Positions 50,401-59,191 of a stretch of 64,000 nucleotides of DNA are shown one piece after another. The stretch is taken from positions 6,208,001-6,272,000 of the forward strand of contig CBDBDQ010000005.1 in the NCBI GenBank assembly GCA_965203905.1, read 5' to 3'. The notes under the pieces are model-generated. The model was given only the letters and a program-made list of their open reading frames with translations. It made no database searches and was not told where the DNA came from. This DNA is from Spirochaetia bacterium. Lineage in GTDB: Bacteria; Spirochaetota; Spirochaetia; SZUA-6; Bin103. Both the position numbers and the translations under genes were made by a program. Each line of letters begins with the position of its first letter. The first letter of the stretch is position 1.

Positions 50401-50798
50401 CCAATGGACTCGCAAGGAACACGGCCTTCTGTTGTCTCTGGAGCACGCTTCACTACTGGTTGTATCAGGCTCGCACGAATTGCCGGGACTTCAACCCGTC
50501 GGACCTGGAATCGATGCCGATTCCGCGTTCCGTCGCTGAAGGCATTGCCAAGTTTCAACACATTGCACAGCGGATTACCGATCAGCTCGAACGAACATCC
50601 GATGTGGCTACCGCCACTTACAACGTTGGTGGGAGAGTGCGCTATCAAAGGTTCAATCCGAAAGCGGCTAAACCGATCATCGACGAAATCGACTACGTGC
50701 TCGCAGAGCACTATGGATTCACTGACGAGGAACTGGACTTCATAATCAACTACGACATCAAGTACCGGATGGGCTTGGGTTCTGGCGGGCGGACATGA
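47439..50798 (+). CDS. Eco57I/Type IIG-like N6-adenine DNA methyltransferase with a C-terminal recognition region
   Basis: FLNGGLF, GAYYT, LDPTCGSGAF, LYGVDI, IIGNPPY. Confidence 0.93.
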   Translation: MPPRVEDLRPHLQSFDFRNLFVEGLGWNHHHGKPIHLSADGTDYTLQPLAEKAGFVVYLCEPGADGAIPLYPVRRKIEHQIVKRSFEHMIVFVDDAKSTQVWQWVKREVGQPLAYHQYSFSAGQRGDPLLQRLPTLGFDLDDEEGLTIGIVASRVRQALDVERLTKRFYERFRKELAAFQRFIDGIAAQGDREWYASLMLNRMMFVYFVQKQGFLDGDPDYLRNRLTMVQHEQRGNGSGRFHQFYRLFLIRLFHEGLGQPEAQRAPDLAALLGKVPFLNGGLFEVHDLEHSNPAISIPDEAFEKVFAFFDGYRWHLDERPDREDNEINPDVLGYIFEKYVNQKQMGAYYTKEDITGYISRNTVIPFLFDAARKQCPVAFQPGGGVWRLLQDDPDRYIYPAVGHGMAWKYSPDADPERQEEENELPDEIAVGVDDVSLRDGWNRPAPDAYALPTETWREVVARRRRYAEVRAKVEAGTVHDVNDMVTLNLDIERFAKDVIVQAEGTDLLRAFWHAMRDVAVLDPTCGSGAFLFAALNILEPLYSACIEGMRGFLDDLDRTRRPHHPRALQDFRDVLAQVDRHPSVRYFILKSIVLNNLYGVDIMEEAVEICKLRLFLKLVAQLERYDQIEPLPDIDFNIRAGNTLVGFTSLDAVRHAITMEPDGQHRALYGEDHATLARIDESAEIASRAFDQFRKQQTALGGEVTAADKANLRSRLDTLESELNRFVAIEYRINPEDRAAYDSWCDSHQPFHWFVEFYGVMDRGGFDVIIGNPPYVEYSKIRKTYQAKSLSTERCGNLYALCTERSLDILRMGGRFGFIVQAPIVSTQRMAPLRILIRERSDFDAYATFDDRPSKLFDGMDHCRVCILLARTGASGHESLTATTRYHKWYKQESRSLLDLLQYKLLVGSLPGAVVPKLRSGVDSRIYNKVLSQPTTLGSIISAIPTKNRIYYKITGVGHWFTFTTSPPRFWRDGVEGPSTRESSVCFSNGLARNTAFCCLWSTLHYWLYQARTNCRDFNPSDLESMPIPRSVAEGIAKFQHIAQRITDQLERTSDVATATYNVGGRVRYQRFNPKAAKPIIDEIDYVLAEHYGFTDEELDFIINYDIKYRMGLGSGGRT

Positions 50799-51823
50799 AC
50801 AAGAGCGTGCCACAACTACCAGCGGACTACGTGAGCCTTCTTATGGAAGTGAAGGAACTCATACGCGATGCCCGGTATGCGGCGCTCAAGTCCGTGAACA
50901 AGGAACTGGTCGGTCTGTACTGGGACATCGGTCGCATGATCGTCGAGCGGCAGAAGATTCAAGGCTGGGGTAAGTCGGTAGTCGAGCAGCTCGCCAAGGA
51001 CCTGCGGGCTGAGTTTCCCGGCGTACCGGGGTATTCCGCCCAGAATCTATGGTACATGCGGCAGTTCTTTCTGGAGTATCATGAGGACACAAAACTCCAA
51101 CTGCTGGTTGGAGAAATCAGTTGGACCAAGAATATAGTTATCATGGCGCGGTGCAAGGAGTCGCTGGAGCGCGAGTTCTACATCCGCATGACGCGCAAGT
51201 TCGGCTGGACCAAGAACGTTCTCATCCATCAAATCGACAACCAGAGCTACCAGAAGTACCTGCTGGGCCAGACCAACTTCGATCAGACCGTGACGCCGGA
51301 GCTACGCGCCCAGGCGCACGTGGCGGTCCGTGACGAATACACCTTCAACTTTCTCGATCTGAGCGAGGAGCATAGCGAACGGGAACTGGAGAGAGCGTTG
51401 ATTGCGCGCGTCGAGGATTTCCTGCGCACAATGGGCGGGATGTTCGCCTTCGTCGGTAGTCAGTTCCGCCTGGAGGTGGACGGTGATGAGTACTTCATCG
51501 ACCTGCTGCTGTTCCACCGCCGCCTGCGTTGCCTAGTGGCGGTGGACCTGAAGATCGGTAGATTCCAGCCGGAGTTCGTCGGCAAGATGCAGTTCTACCT
51601 TACCGCGCTCGACCGCACCATGCGCGAAACCGATGAGAACCCTTCCATTGGAATCATCCTCTGCAAGGAGAAGAAACGAACGGTAGTTGAGTACGCCCTG
51701 CACGACGCCCGCAAGCCGATCGGCGTGGCCACCTACCGTATCAGCCGGCACTTGCCGAAAGAACTGGAAGGACAGTTACCCTCGCCGCAGGAAATCGCCC
51801 GACTGCTGGACACCGTCGAATGA
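50795..51823 (+). CDS. YhcG/DUF1016 PD-(D/E)XK nuclease family protein
   Basis: LYWDIG, NLWYMRQF, FIDLLLFHRRLRCLVAVDLK, SIGIILC. Confidence 0.93.
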   Translation: MNKSVPQLPADYVSLLMEVKELIRDARYAALKSVNKELVGLYWDIGRMIVERQKIQGWGKSVVEQLAKDLRAEFPGVPGYSAQNLWYMRQFFLEYHEDTKLQLLVGEISWTKNIVIMARCKESLEREFYIRMTRKFGWTKNVLIHQIDNQSYQKYLLGQTNFDQTVTPELRAQAHVAVRDEYTFNFLDLSEEHSERELERALIARVEDFLRTMGGMFAFVGSQFRLEVDGDEYFIDLLLFHRRLRCLVAVDLKIGRFQPEFVGKMQFYLTALDRTMRETDENPSIGIILCKEKKRTVVEYALHDARKPIGVATYRISRHLPKELEGQLPSPQEIARLLDTVE

Positions 51824-52518
51824 GCAACCCCGGCGAGTGCGATGCGCGTTCCGCGTTACGAGCCAGACACTACGACTTGGAGACTGCGGAGACTCCGGCG
51901 CTTCTGCGCCGCTGCTTCGACCGCGGGGAGCCGCGATCGATCACGACGCGGGGCGACATCGGCATCGTCGACGAACCGCTCACCGGCTTCTTCTGCTCGA
52001 TACGATGTCCCGGCGACATCATACTGAGGATCTATGATCTCGCTCGTACGCTTCGAGGTACGGACCTGACGCTCATCGGCGGCTTTCAGTCGCCGATGGA
52101 GAAAGAGTTCCTGGACTTGCTCTTGCGTGGCTCGGCGAGCGTCGTGGTCTGTCCGGCGAGAAGCATCGAGAATATGCGCATCCGCCAAGAGTGGCGCACG
52201 CCGATCTCCGAGGGTCGACTGCTCATCCTGTCCTCGTTCGGGCGCTCTCAGCATCGGCCAACGGCGGCACTTGCCGCGCAGCGCAACGATCTCGTCGCCG
52301 CACTCGCGACCGAGCTCTTCATCCCTTACGCCTCCCCCGGAGGCAAGACCGAGTCCCTCGCCCGCAGGCACGCGGCGGCAGGGAAAGCCATCCTCACCCT
52401 TGACAGGCCTGTCAACGCGAATCTGCTCGCCCTCGGCGCACGCGCGGTCGAGGCTCGACACCGTGCGCATCGACAGGCAGATGATCGCCGTCGGCATCCG
52501 GCGGGTACGGGGCCGTGA
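51820..52518 (+). CDS. Short DprA/SMF-like (SLOG fold) protein
   Basis: FFCS, GGFQSPMEKE, ARS, QRNDLVAALA...GGKT; no C-terminal winged helix. Confidence 0.75.
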   Translation: MSNPGECDARSALRARHYDLETAETPALLRRCFDRGEPRSITTRGDIGIVDEPLTGFFCSIRCPGDIILRIYDLARTLRGTDLTLIGGFQSPMEKEFLDLLLRGSASVVVCPARSIENMRIRQEWRTPISEGRLLILSSFGRSQHRPTAALAAQRNDLVAALATELFIPYASPGGKTESLARRHAAAGKAILTLDRPVNANLLALGARAVEARHRAHRQADDRRRHPAGTGP

Positions 52519-54113
52519 TGAGTAAGCTGCCGATCGGCATCCAGACCTTCCGCCGGATACGGGAAGAAGGATTCTACTACGTGGACAAGACCGTCTACGC
52601 CCGGCGGCTCGTGGACGACGCAGGACCTCACTACTTCCTTTCTCGCCCGCGCCGCTTCGGCAAGAGCCTGTTCGTGGACACCCTCAAGGAGCTGTTCGAG
52701 GGTAGCGAGGAGTTGTTCCGCGGCTTGGCAATTCACGACGGCTGGGAGTGGTCGAAGCGCCACCCGGTAGTGCGGCTGGACTTCAGCGGCGGCAACTTCA
52801 TGCGGCCCGGCGAACTGCACGCGGTCGCTACGCGCCAGTTGACCGCGGCGCAACTGCAGGCGGCGCCGAGGCTACTACCCAGACTGATGGATGCGCTACG
52901 GGGGCGCAGTGGGGCGCCACTCGCGGACGACACGCTGTCCGGGCGCCTCGCCGCGCTGCTGGAAACGCTGCACCGCCGTAGCGGGCGGCGGGTGGTCGTG
53001 CTGGTGGACGAGTACGACAAGCCGATCCTGGACGCTATCGACAGACCGGAGATCGCGCAAGCCAATCGGGACGACCTGCGCGGACTGTACGGGACCCTCA
53101 AGGCGTGCGACGCCCACGTTGAGCTCACCTTCATCACCGGGGTGAGCAAGTTCAGCAAGGTGAGTCTCTTCTCCGATCTGAACAATCTCACCGACCTCAC
53201 CCTGGACCCTTCCTACGCGGCAATCTGCGGCTACACCGAGGCAGACCTCGACGCCGTCTTCGCGCGGGAGCTTGCCGGTCTGGACCGGGACGAGATCCGC
53301 GCCTGGTACAACGGCTACCGGTGGGGCGACGACGAAGACAAGGTCTACAACCCCTTCTGCCTGCTCAAGCTGTTCCGCAGTCGGCTATTTCGGGCGCACT
53401 GGTTCGAGACTGCCACCCCGCGGTTCCTGATCGACACGCTGCTCCGCCGCGGCTTTGCCGCCCCGGACCTCGAACGTGTTCACGCCAGCGAAACGCTGCT
53501 GTCGACCTTCGACGTCGACTTCATCGCCCCGGAAGCGCTGCTGTTCCAGACCGGATACCTGACGATCACGGGGATGGAGGAGCAGCCGAACGACTATCCG
53601 CGCTACCGGCTGGACTACCCGAACCGGGAGGTGCGGCGTGGCCTGAACGAGCACCTGCTGGACGCGCTGGCGCCGAACTGGCGCGCGGCGGATAGCGGCG
53701 CCACGCTGCGCCGGGTGCTGGCCGCCGAGGACTGGGACGGCGTGGAAGCGCTGTTGCGCAAGCTGCTGGCCGGCATTCCGCACGACTGGCATCGGAGGAA
53801 CGACATCGCTCGCTACGAGGCGTACTGGTCGAGCGTGTTCTACGCCTGGTTCCAGGCGTCTATGGACGGCGTGGCCGCCGAGGACGCCACCAGCCGCGGG
53901 CGCCTGGACTTGGCGGTCCGCCTCGGCGGGAACGCCTACCTGTTCGAGTTCAAGGTGGCCGAGCGGTCGGACCCGGGCGCCGCGCTAGCCCAGTTGCAGG
54001 TGCGCAGGTACGCCGACAAATACCGCTCTGCGGGCTGCACTGTCCACCTGATCGGCGTCGAGATCAGCGCCGATACCCGCGCCATCGTCGCGTTCGAGAC
54101 CGCCTCCGGCTGA
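52515..54113 (+). CDS. AAA-ATPase-like protein with a C-terminal PD-(D/E)XK domain
   Basis: LPIGIQTF, YYVDKT, SRPRRFGKSL, DEYDKP, YNP, GRLDL...FEFK. Confidence 0.93.
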   Translation: MMSKLPIGIQTFRRIREEGFYYVDKTVYARRLVDDAGPHYFLSRPRRFGKSLFVDTLKELFEGSEELFRGLAIHDGWEWSKRHPVVRLDFSGGNFMRPGELHAVATRQLTAAQLQAAPRLLPRLMDALRGRSGAPLADDTLSGRLAALLETLHRRSGRRVVVLVDEYDKPILDAIDRPEIAQANRDDLRGLYGTLKACDAHVELTFITGVSKFSKVSLFSDLNNLTDLTLDPSYAAICGYTEADLDAVFARELAGLDRDEIRAWYNGYRWGDDEDKVYNPFCLLKLFRSRLFRAHWFETATPRFLIDTLLRRGFAAPDLERVHASETLLSTFDVDFIAPEALLFQTGYLTITGMEEQPNDYPRYRLDYPNREVRRGLNEHLLDALAPNWRAADSGATLRRVLAAEDWDGVEALLRKLLAGIPHDWHRRNDIARYEAYWSSVFYAWFQASMDGVAAEDATSRGRLDLAVRLGGNAYLFEFKVAERSDPGAALAQLQVRRYADKYRSAGCTVHLIGVEISADTRAIVAFETASG

Positions 54114-54250
54114 GGGTATGAATGAACGGCAGCATGGCATGTGAGGGGATTGTGACGCGCGCTTCGCGATGATAGGTTGGTTGTGACGCGAGTGGGCTGC
54201 CGGCTGGCAGCCCAGATTCGTCGTCGATATACGCCTACGAGGAGCGCATC

Positions 54251-54829
54251 ATGTCCGATTTACCTGCCGGCGGGAGTGGCGAGGGCCATTCCGTATCCGC
54301 CGGCGTGTCTCCCGTTCCCTGGCATACTGGGGAACTGGGGATCGCCTTCTTTGGCCTGACCCGTCTCCGGGAGTGGCATTCGGCCAGCGAAGATTCGCGG
54401 GTCGCCGAGTTTCTGCAGTCCTACTACGTTCTTGCCGGCCGCACGATCGCCGACGCCGGTGCCCGCCTGGTGAAGCTGAACGGCGCCGAGGGGCTGTGCG
54501 TGATCCCGGCGCCGCGAATGGCCGCGGGTGTTCATGCCCTGTGCGAACTTGCTACCACCGTGCGGCGGCTGGCCCGCGGACACCGCTTCGAAGCCCATCT
54601 GAACGTGCAGGTCCACTTCGGTGCCGTGGTGAGCGGCGAGTTCGGGCCGCCGGGCCTGCGCCGCTACGATGTGATCGGCAAGGCGGTCAACGTGGCCGCC
54701 CGCATCGGCGGGCGCGGCGTGGTGCTTACGGCGCAGGCCTACCGGCAACTGGACCACGCCAGCCGGCAACGGTTCGACAAGCATGCGCCGCCGATCTCGT
54801 ACCACTACCGCTCCGAGCGGACCGGGTAG
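54251..54829 (+). CDS. Degenerate class III nucleotidyl cyclase domain protein
   Basis: HFGAVVSG, YDVIGKAVNVAAR; both metal-binding Asp positions are replaced (FFGL, KLNGAE). Confidence 0.75.
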   Translation: MSDLPAGGSGEGHSVSAGVSPVPWHTGELGIAFFGLTRLREWHSASEDSRVAEFLQSYYVLAGRTIADAGARLVKLNGAEGLCVIPAPRMAAGVHALCELATTVRRLARGHRFEAHLNVQVHFGAVVSGEFGPPGLRRYDVIGKAVNVAARIGGRGVVLTAQAYRQLDHASRQRFDKHAPPISYHYRSERTG

Positions 54830-54833
54830 CGGC

Positions 54834-55916
54834 ATGCTGCTGTACCACGGCACCACGCGGCGCAGCGCCGAGCAGATCGCGATCGAGGGCTTCGCGCCAC
54901 GCAAGCCGTCGCGCCGGGTCTGGTTCGCGCAGAGCAAGGGATATGCGCTGCGCCGCGCCAAGGTGAAGGCACGGCGCAGCCGCGACCGACCGGTGGTGCT
55001 GCTGTGCGAGCTCGACCTCGCGGCGTTGCGCCGCAAGCTGGGCAGCAAGCGCGTCGTGCACCGGGCAGGCATCGTCTCGATCCACGGCAGTCTGCCGGTG
55101 ACGGTGCTGCGCCACGCCCCCGGAGTGTGGGACCCGCCGTCGGCGGCGCCGGAACTGGCGGCGTGGCTGAATGGGGTGTTGCGGATAAAGGCACATCGCG
55201 GGATCAGCCGCAGCGACCCTGGCCTGATCCGCCTGGCGCGCTGGATCCGGAACCGGCGTGAATCGCAGCCGCGGTCACGGCTGCGTGACGGCGAGATCCT
55301 GGAGCGGGCCGCGGGCTGGCTGCCGCAGTGGTTCCACGGGGTGTCGGTAGATCCCGCTACGCTCAGGGTCCGCCGGCACGCCGCCGAGGTGACCATGGTC
55401 GCCGACGTGGAGCGATCCGAGGGCACGACCGAACTCATCGACGAGGTCGAGGAAGCGCTCGCCTCCGGCAACCCCCGACGCCGGCTGCGCGCGCTGCGGC
55501 GGCTGCACTGCGCCGGTGACCCCGACCTGGTCGACTGGTGCGCACTGCTGCTCGGCGACGAGGACCATACCGTGCGCCGCAAGGCGCTGGAGCGGATCGG
55601 GCGCTCCGAGGATGGCGACCCCTATCTGCTGCTGCCCTTCGCCCATTGTAGCCACAAGGGGCTACGCGCGGCCGCGGTGGCCGGCCTGGCGCGAGTGGGC
55701 GGCGCTCAGGCGGCCGATTGGTGCGCCCGCGGGCTGCGGGATGCCGACGACGCGGTGCGCCTGGCGGTGGCGCGCGAGCTGCCGCGCTACGACCCGCTGC
55801 GCCATCGCTGGCTGTTCGAGCTGGCGCTCTACGATCCGCACCCGCAGATCGCGGAGCGGGCGCGCAAGCTCACCGCCCGCCGGGGGTATCACCTGTTGCG
55901 GCCGCACTGGAGTTGA
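54834..55916 (+). CDS. ADP-ribosyltransferase-like N-domain + HEAT-repeat protein
   Basis: LYHGTT...I..EGF...VWFA...YA; C-terminal LLGDEDHTVRRKA, GLRDADDAVRLAVA, ALYDPHPQI. Confidence 0.65.
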   Translation: MLLYHGTTRRSAEQIAIEGFAPRKPSRRVWFAQSKGYALRRAKVKARRSRDRPVVLLCELDLAALRRKLGSKRVVHRAGIVSIHGSLPVTVLRHAPGVWDPPSAAPELAAWLNGVLRIKAHRGISRSDPGLIRLARWIRNRRESQPRSRLRDGEILERAAGWLPQWFHGVSVDPATLRVRRHAAEVTMVADVERSEGTTELIDEVEEALASGNPRRRLRALRRLHCAGDPDLVDWCALLLGDEDHTVRRKALERIGRSEDGDPYLLLPFAHCSHKGLRAAAVAGLARVGGAQAADWCARGLRDADDAVRLAVARELPRYDPLRHRWLFELALYDPHPQIAERARKLTARRGYHLLRPHWS

Positions 55917-55996
55917 GGCCGGCCGGGACGCATCCCCGGCCGCGCACAGAATCGCCTGCAGCAGGTATCATGGGACGCGAAGGAGAGCTGCGGGAA

Positions 55997-56803
55997 ATGA
56001 CTATCGACTACGGCGGCAAGGTGGTGCTGGTGACCGGAGCCGCGCAGGGCATCGGGCGCGGCGTGGCGCTGGAGTTCGCCGCCAGCGGGGCACGGGTAGC
56101 GGTGGTGGACGTGGACAACGAGCACGGAGCGGCCACCGCCGCGGATGCGGCGGCTCGCGGTCCCGGCGCCGTGTTCATCAGCGCCGATCTGGGTATCACC
56201 GCGGACTGCCGGCGCGCGGTCGACGAGGCGGTGGCGCAGCTCGGCGGCATCGACGTCCTGGTCAACAACGTCGGCATCCAGAGCATCGACTCCTACCGCA
56301 CCGCGGAGGAGACTTCGGAGGAGCTGTGGGACCGGGTGCTGGCGGTAAATCTCAAGAGCCACTTCCTGATGGCCAAGTACTGCATCCCCGAAATCCGCAA
56401 GCGCGGCGGCGGGACGATCATCAACGTGGCCAGCGTGCAGGGCCTGCAGTCGATGCCCAAGGTTCCGGCGTACGCGGCAAGCAAGGGCGGCATTCTTTCC
56501 CTGACCCGCCAGATGTCGATCGACTACGCCAAACAGGGCATCCGCGTGCTGGCGGTGAACCCGGGCACCATTGATACCCCGCTGCTGCAGGAGGCGGCGG
56601 ACGCCACCGAGGACCCGGACGCAGCGAAGGCGACCTGGGCCCGCAGCCAGCCGCTGGGCCGCCTCGGCCGGCCCGACGACATCGGCAAGGCGATGGTGTT
56701 CCTGGCCAGCGAGCACGCCGGCTTCATGACCGGCGAGTACGTGTGCGTGGACGGCGGCGTGATGGCGATCGGCGCCTGGGCGCCGCCGGTGCCGGAATGG
56801 TAG
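55997..56803 (+). CDS. Short-chain dehydrogenase/reductase
   Basis: TGAAQGIG, NNVG, YAASK, PGTIDT. Confidence 0.95.
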   Translation: MTIDYGGKVVLVTGAAQGIGRGVALEFAASGARVAVVDVDNEHGAATAADAAARGPGAVFISADLGITADCRRAVDEAVAQLGGIDVLVNNVGIQSIDSYRTAEETSEELWDRVLAVNLKSHFLMAKYCIPEIRKRGGGTIINVASVQGLQSMPKVPAYAASKGGILSLTRQMSIDYAKQGIRVLAVNPGTIDTPLLQEAADATEDPDAAKATWARSQPLGRLGRPDDIGKAMVFLASEHAGFMTGEYVCVDGGVMAIGAWAPPVPEW

Positions 56804-56813
56804 GCGCCCGCTC

Positions 56814-57803
56814 ATGAGCGCACCCGCCCTGCAGCTCGGCGTCAGCCACCAGACGCGGCAGACGCTGACCCCGGCGCGAATGCGGTTCCTGCGCCAGATG
56901 GGCGTGGAGAAGGTCGAGGTGCGCATCCCCAGCGCGGCCAGCAGCTACGACGACATCTGCCGGATCCGCGACACCGTGCAGGAGGGCGGACTGGGCCTGC
57001 ACGAAATCATGCTCGCCGACCGCTACAGTTGCCGCCCGATCGCCCTCGGCCTGCCCGAGCGCGACGCCGAGATCGCGCTGTTCAAGCGCTTCCTCCACGA
57101 CCTCGGGCGCGCCGGCGTGAGCACCATGACCTACGCCTGGCACACCGGCGGCGCCTACGCCACCGGCCGCACCGAGACCCGCGGCTGCAGCACGCGGCTG
57201 TTCACGCTCGCCGAGGCGCAGGCGCTTCCCGACGCCTACGAGCGCCGCTACTCGCACGCCGAGCTGTGGGACAACTACGCGGGCTTCATCCGCGAGATCC
57301 TGCCGGTCGCGGAACAGCACGGCGTGCGCCTGCAACTGCACCCCAACGACCCGCCGGTCGATCACCAGGGCGTGCCGCGCCTGTTCAGCAGCCGCGTGGC
57401 GTTTCGCCGCGCCATGGAGATCGCCGGCCACAGCCCCTTCTCCGGAATCCTGTTCTGCGTCGGCTGCTTCGCCGAGATGTTCGGCCCCGACGGCACGGGA
57501 GAGGACGTTGCCGGCGCGATCTACGAGTTCGGCAGCCGCGGGCACATCTTCCAGGTGCACTTCCGCAACATCAGCTCGCCGATGCCCGACTTCCACGAGA
57601 CCTTCCCGGACAACGGCTACCTCGACATGCACCGCATCATGGCGGCGCTGGCACAGGTGGGCTACGCCGGCATGGTGGTGCCGGACCATGTCCCCCAGCT
57701 CGACGAGGGCGCCGATTCCCGCGCCGGGGAGGCGTACATACTCGGCTACATCCGGGCGCTGATCCAGGCAGTCACGGCCGCCGCGGACCGTGGATCCGAT
57801 TGA
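56814..57803 (+). CDS. uxuA: Mannonate dehydratase (UxuA) family protein
   Basis: LHPNDPP, FCVG, VHFRN, ETFPDNG, PDHVP, GYIRA. Confidence 0.85.
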   Translation: MSAPALQLGVSHQTRQTLTPARMRFLRQMGVEKVEVRIPSAASSYDDICRIRDTVQEGGLGLHEIMLADRYSCRPIALGLPERDAEIALFKRFLHDLGRAGVSTMTYAWHTGGAYATGRTETRGCSTRLFTLAEAQALPDAYERRYSHAELWDNYAGFIREILPVAEQHGVRLQLHPNDPPVDHQGVPRLFSSRVAFRRAMEIAGHSPFSGILFCVGCFAEMFGPDGTGEDVAGAIYEFGSRGHIFQVHFRNISSPMPDFHETFPDNGYLDMHRIMAALAQVGYAGMVVPDHVPQLDEGADSRAGEAYILGYIRALIQAVTAAADRGSD

Positions 57804-57946
57804 CCGCAGCCGACTATGGTTCTGGCGGGCGCGGGCGGCGCGGGCGTGGTGACGTTGTGGCATTTCCGAACTCGCGGTACACTGATGAGGTGGGCGGCGG
57901 TCGTTGTGCTCGCCGCTTTCGCACAGACCCGTTGGAGGTGGATTCC

Positions 57947-59119
57947 ATGAGACGTGTTGTTGCAGGCCTGTTGATGATGCTGCTGCCGCTTGGGGCAGCG
58001 TTCGCGGAGGACGTCAAGATAGGGGTGCTGCTCGGCTTTACCGGGCCGATCGAGTCGCTGACCTCGCCAATGGCAGAGGGTGCCGAGATGGCGATCGTGG
58101 AGGTCAACGACAGCGGCACCCTGCTCGGCGGCCTGCAGGTCGTCTCCGTACGCGGCGATACCACCTGTATCGATTCCGCCGCGGCGGTCGCGGCGGCCGA
58201 GCGGCTGGTGACCGCGGAGCGGGTCGACGCCATCGTCGGCGGCGACTGCTCGGGTGTGACCATCGCCATGCTGCAACAGGTGGCCAAGCCCAACGGCGTC
58301 GTGATGATTTCCCCGTCAGCCACCTCGCCGGCGCTGTCGACGATCGAGGACGACGGGCTGTTCTTCCGCACCGCGCCGTCGGATGCGCGCCAGGGAGAGG
58401 TGGTGGCCGACATCCTGCAGGAGATGGACATCCACGAAGCGGCGATGACCTACACCAACAACGACTACGGCAAGGGCCTGGCGGACAGCATCCAGGCCAA
58501 CTTCGAGAAGCGCGGCGGGCATATCACCATCTCCACCCCGCATGAGGACGGCAAGGGCGACTACAGCGCCGAGGTTGCGGAGCTGGACGCGGTCGGCGGC
58601 GACATCCTGGTCGTGGCCGGCTACCTCGACCAGGGCGGCAAGGGCATCATCCAGGCCTCGCTCGACTCGGGCGCATTCGACCTGTTCTTCCTCCCCGACG
58701 GCATGATCGGCGACAGCCTGGTCGAGGCGATCGGACCCGATCTGAACGGTTCGATCGGGACCGTGCCCGGCACCGACAGTCCCGGCGCGGCACGGCTCGA
58801 AGGGATGCTCGGGATGGCGCCGGGGCCGTTCGTGAGTGAGTCCTACGACGCGGCCGCGCTGATCCTGCTGGCGATGCAGGCGGCGGGTTCGGTGGAGAGC
58901 GGCGCGTTCAAGGACCACGTGATGGCGGTTGCCAACGCACCCGGCGAGGAGATCTTCCCCGGTGAGCTGGCGAAGGCGCTCGGCATCCTCGCGGATGGCG
59001 GCGACGTCGACTACGTCGGCGCCTCCGCGGTGGAACTGGTCGGAGCGGGCGAAAGCGCCGGCAACTACCGGCAGATGGCGGTCGAGGGCGGCGAGCTCGT
59101 TACCGTCCGCTTCCGCTGA
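57947..59119 (+). CDS. Branched-chain amino acid (HAAT) ABC substrate-binding protein
   Basis: Signal peptide ending AFA; KIGVL, SPSATS, FFRTAPSD, NNDYG; GGAGG RBS. Confidence 0.92.
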   Translation: MRRVVAGLLMMLLPLGAAFAEDVKIGVLLGFTGPIESLTSPMAEGAEMAIVEVNDSGTLLGGLQVVSVRGDTTCIDSAAAVAAAERLVTAERVDAIVGGDCSGVTIAMLQQVAKPNGVVMISPSATSPALSTIEDDGLFFRTAPSDARQGEVVADILQEMDIHEAAMTYTNNDYGKGLADSIQANFEKRGGHITISTPHEDGKGDYSAEVAELDAVGGDILVVAGYLDQGGKGIIQASLDSGAFDLFFLPDGMIGDSLVEAIGPDLNGSIGTVPGTDSPGAARLEGMLGMAPGPFVSESYDAAALILLAMQAAGSVESGAFKDHVMAVANAPGEEIFPGELAKALGILADGGDVDYVGASAVELVGAGESAGNYRQMAVEGGELVTVRFR

Positions 59120-59191
59120 TCAGCTTCGCCATGGGCGGGAGCCGGCCATTCCGCTCCCGCTCATGCGCCGGCCCGCCAGGTCCCTGACCGG

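Noticed and set aside
44029-54113. Calling the operon DISARM or BREX
   Set aside because: The core genes (drmA/drmB, brxC/pglZ) are not present.
57029-57946. Extension of the substrate-binding protein ORF
   Set aside because: Out-of-frame overlap with the uxuA-like gene; RBS and signal peptide are at 57947.
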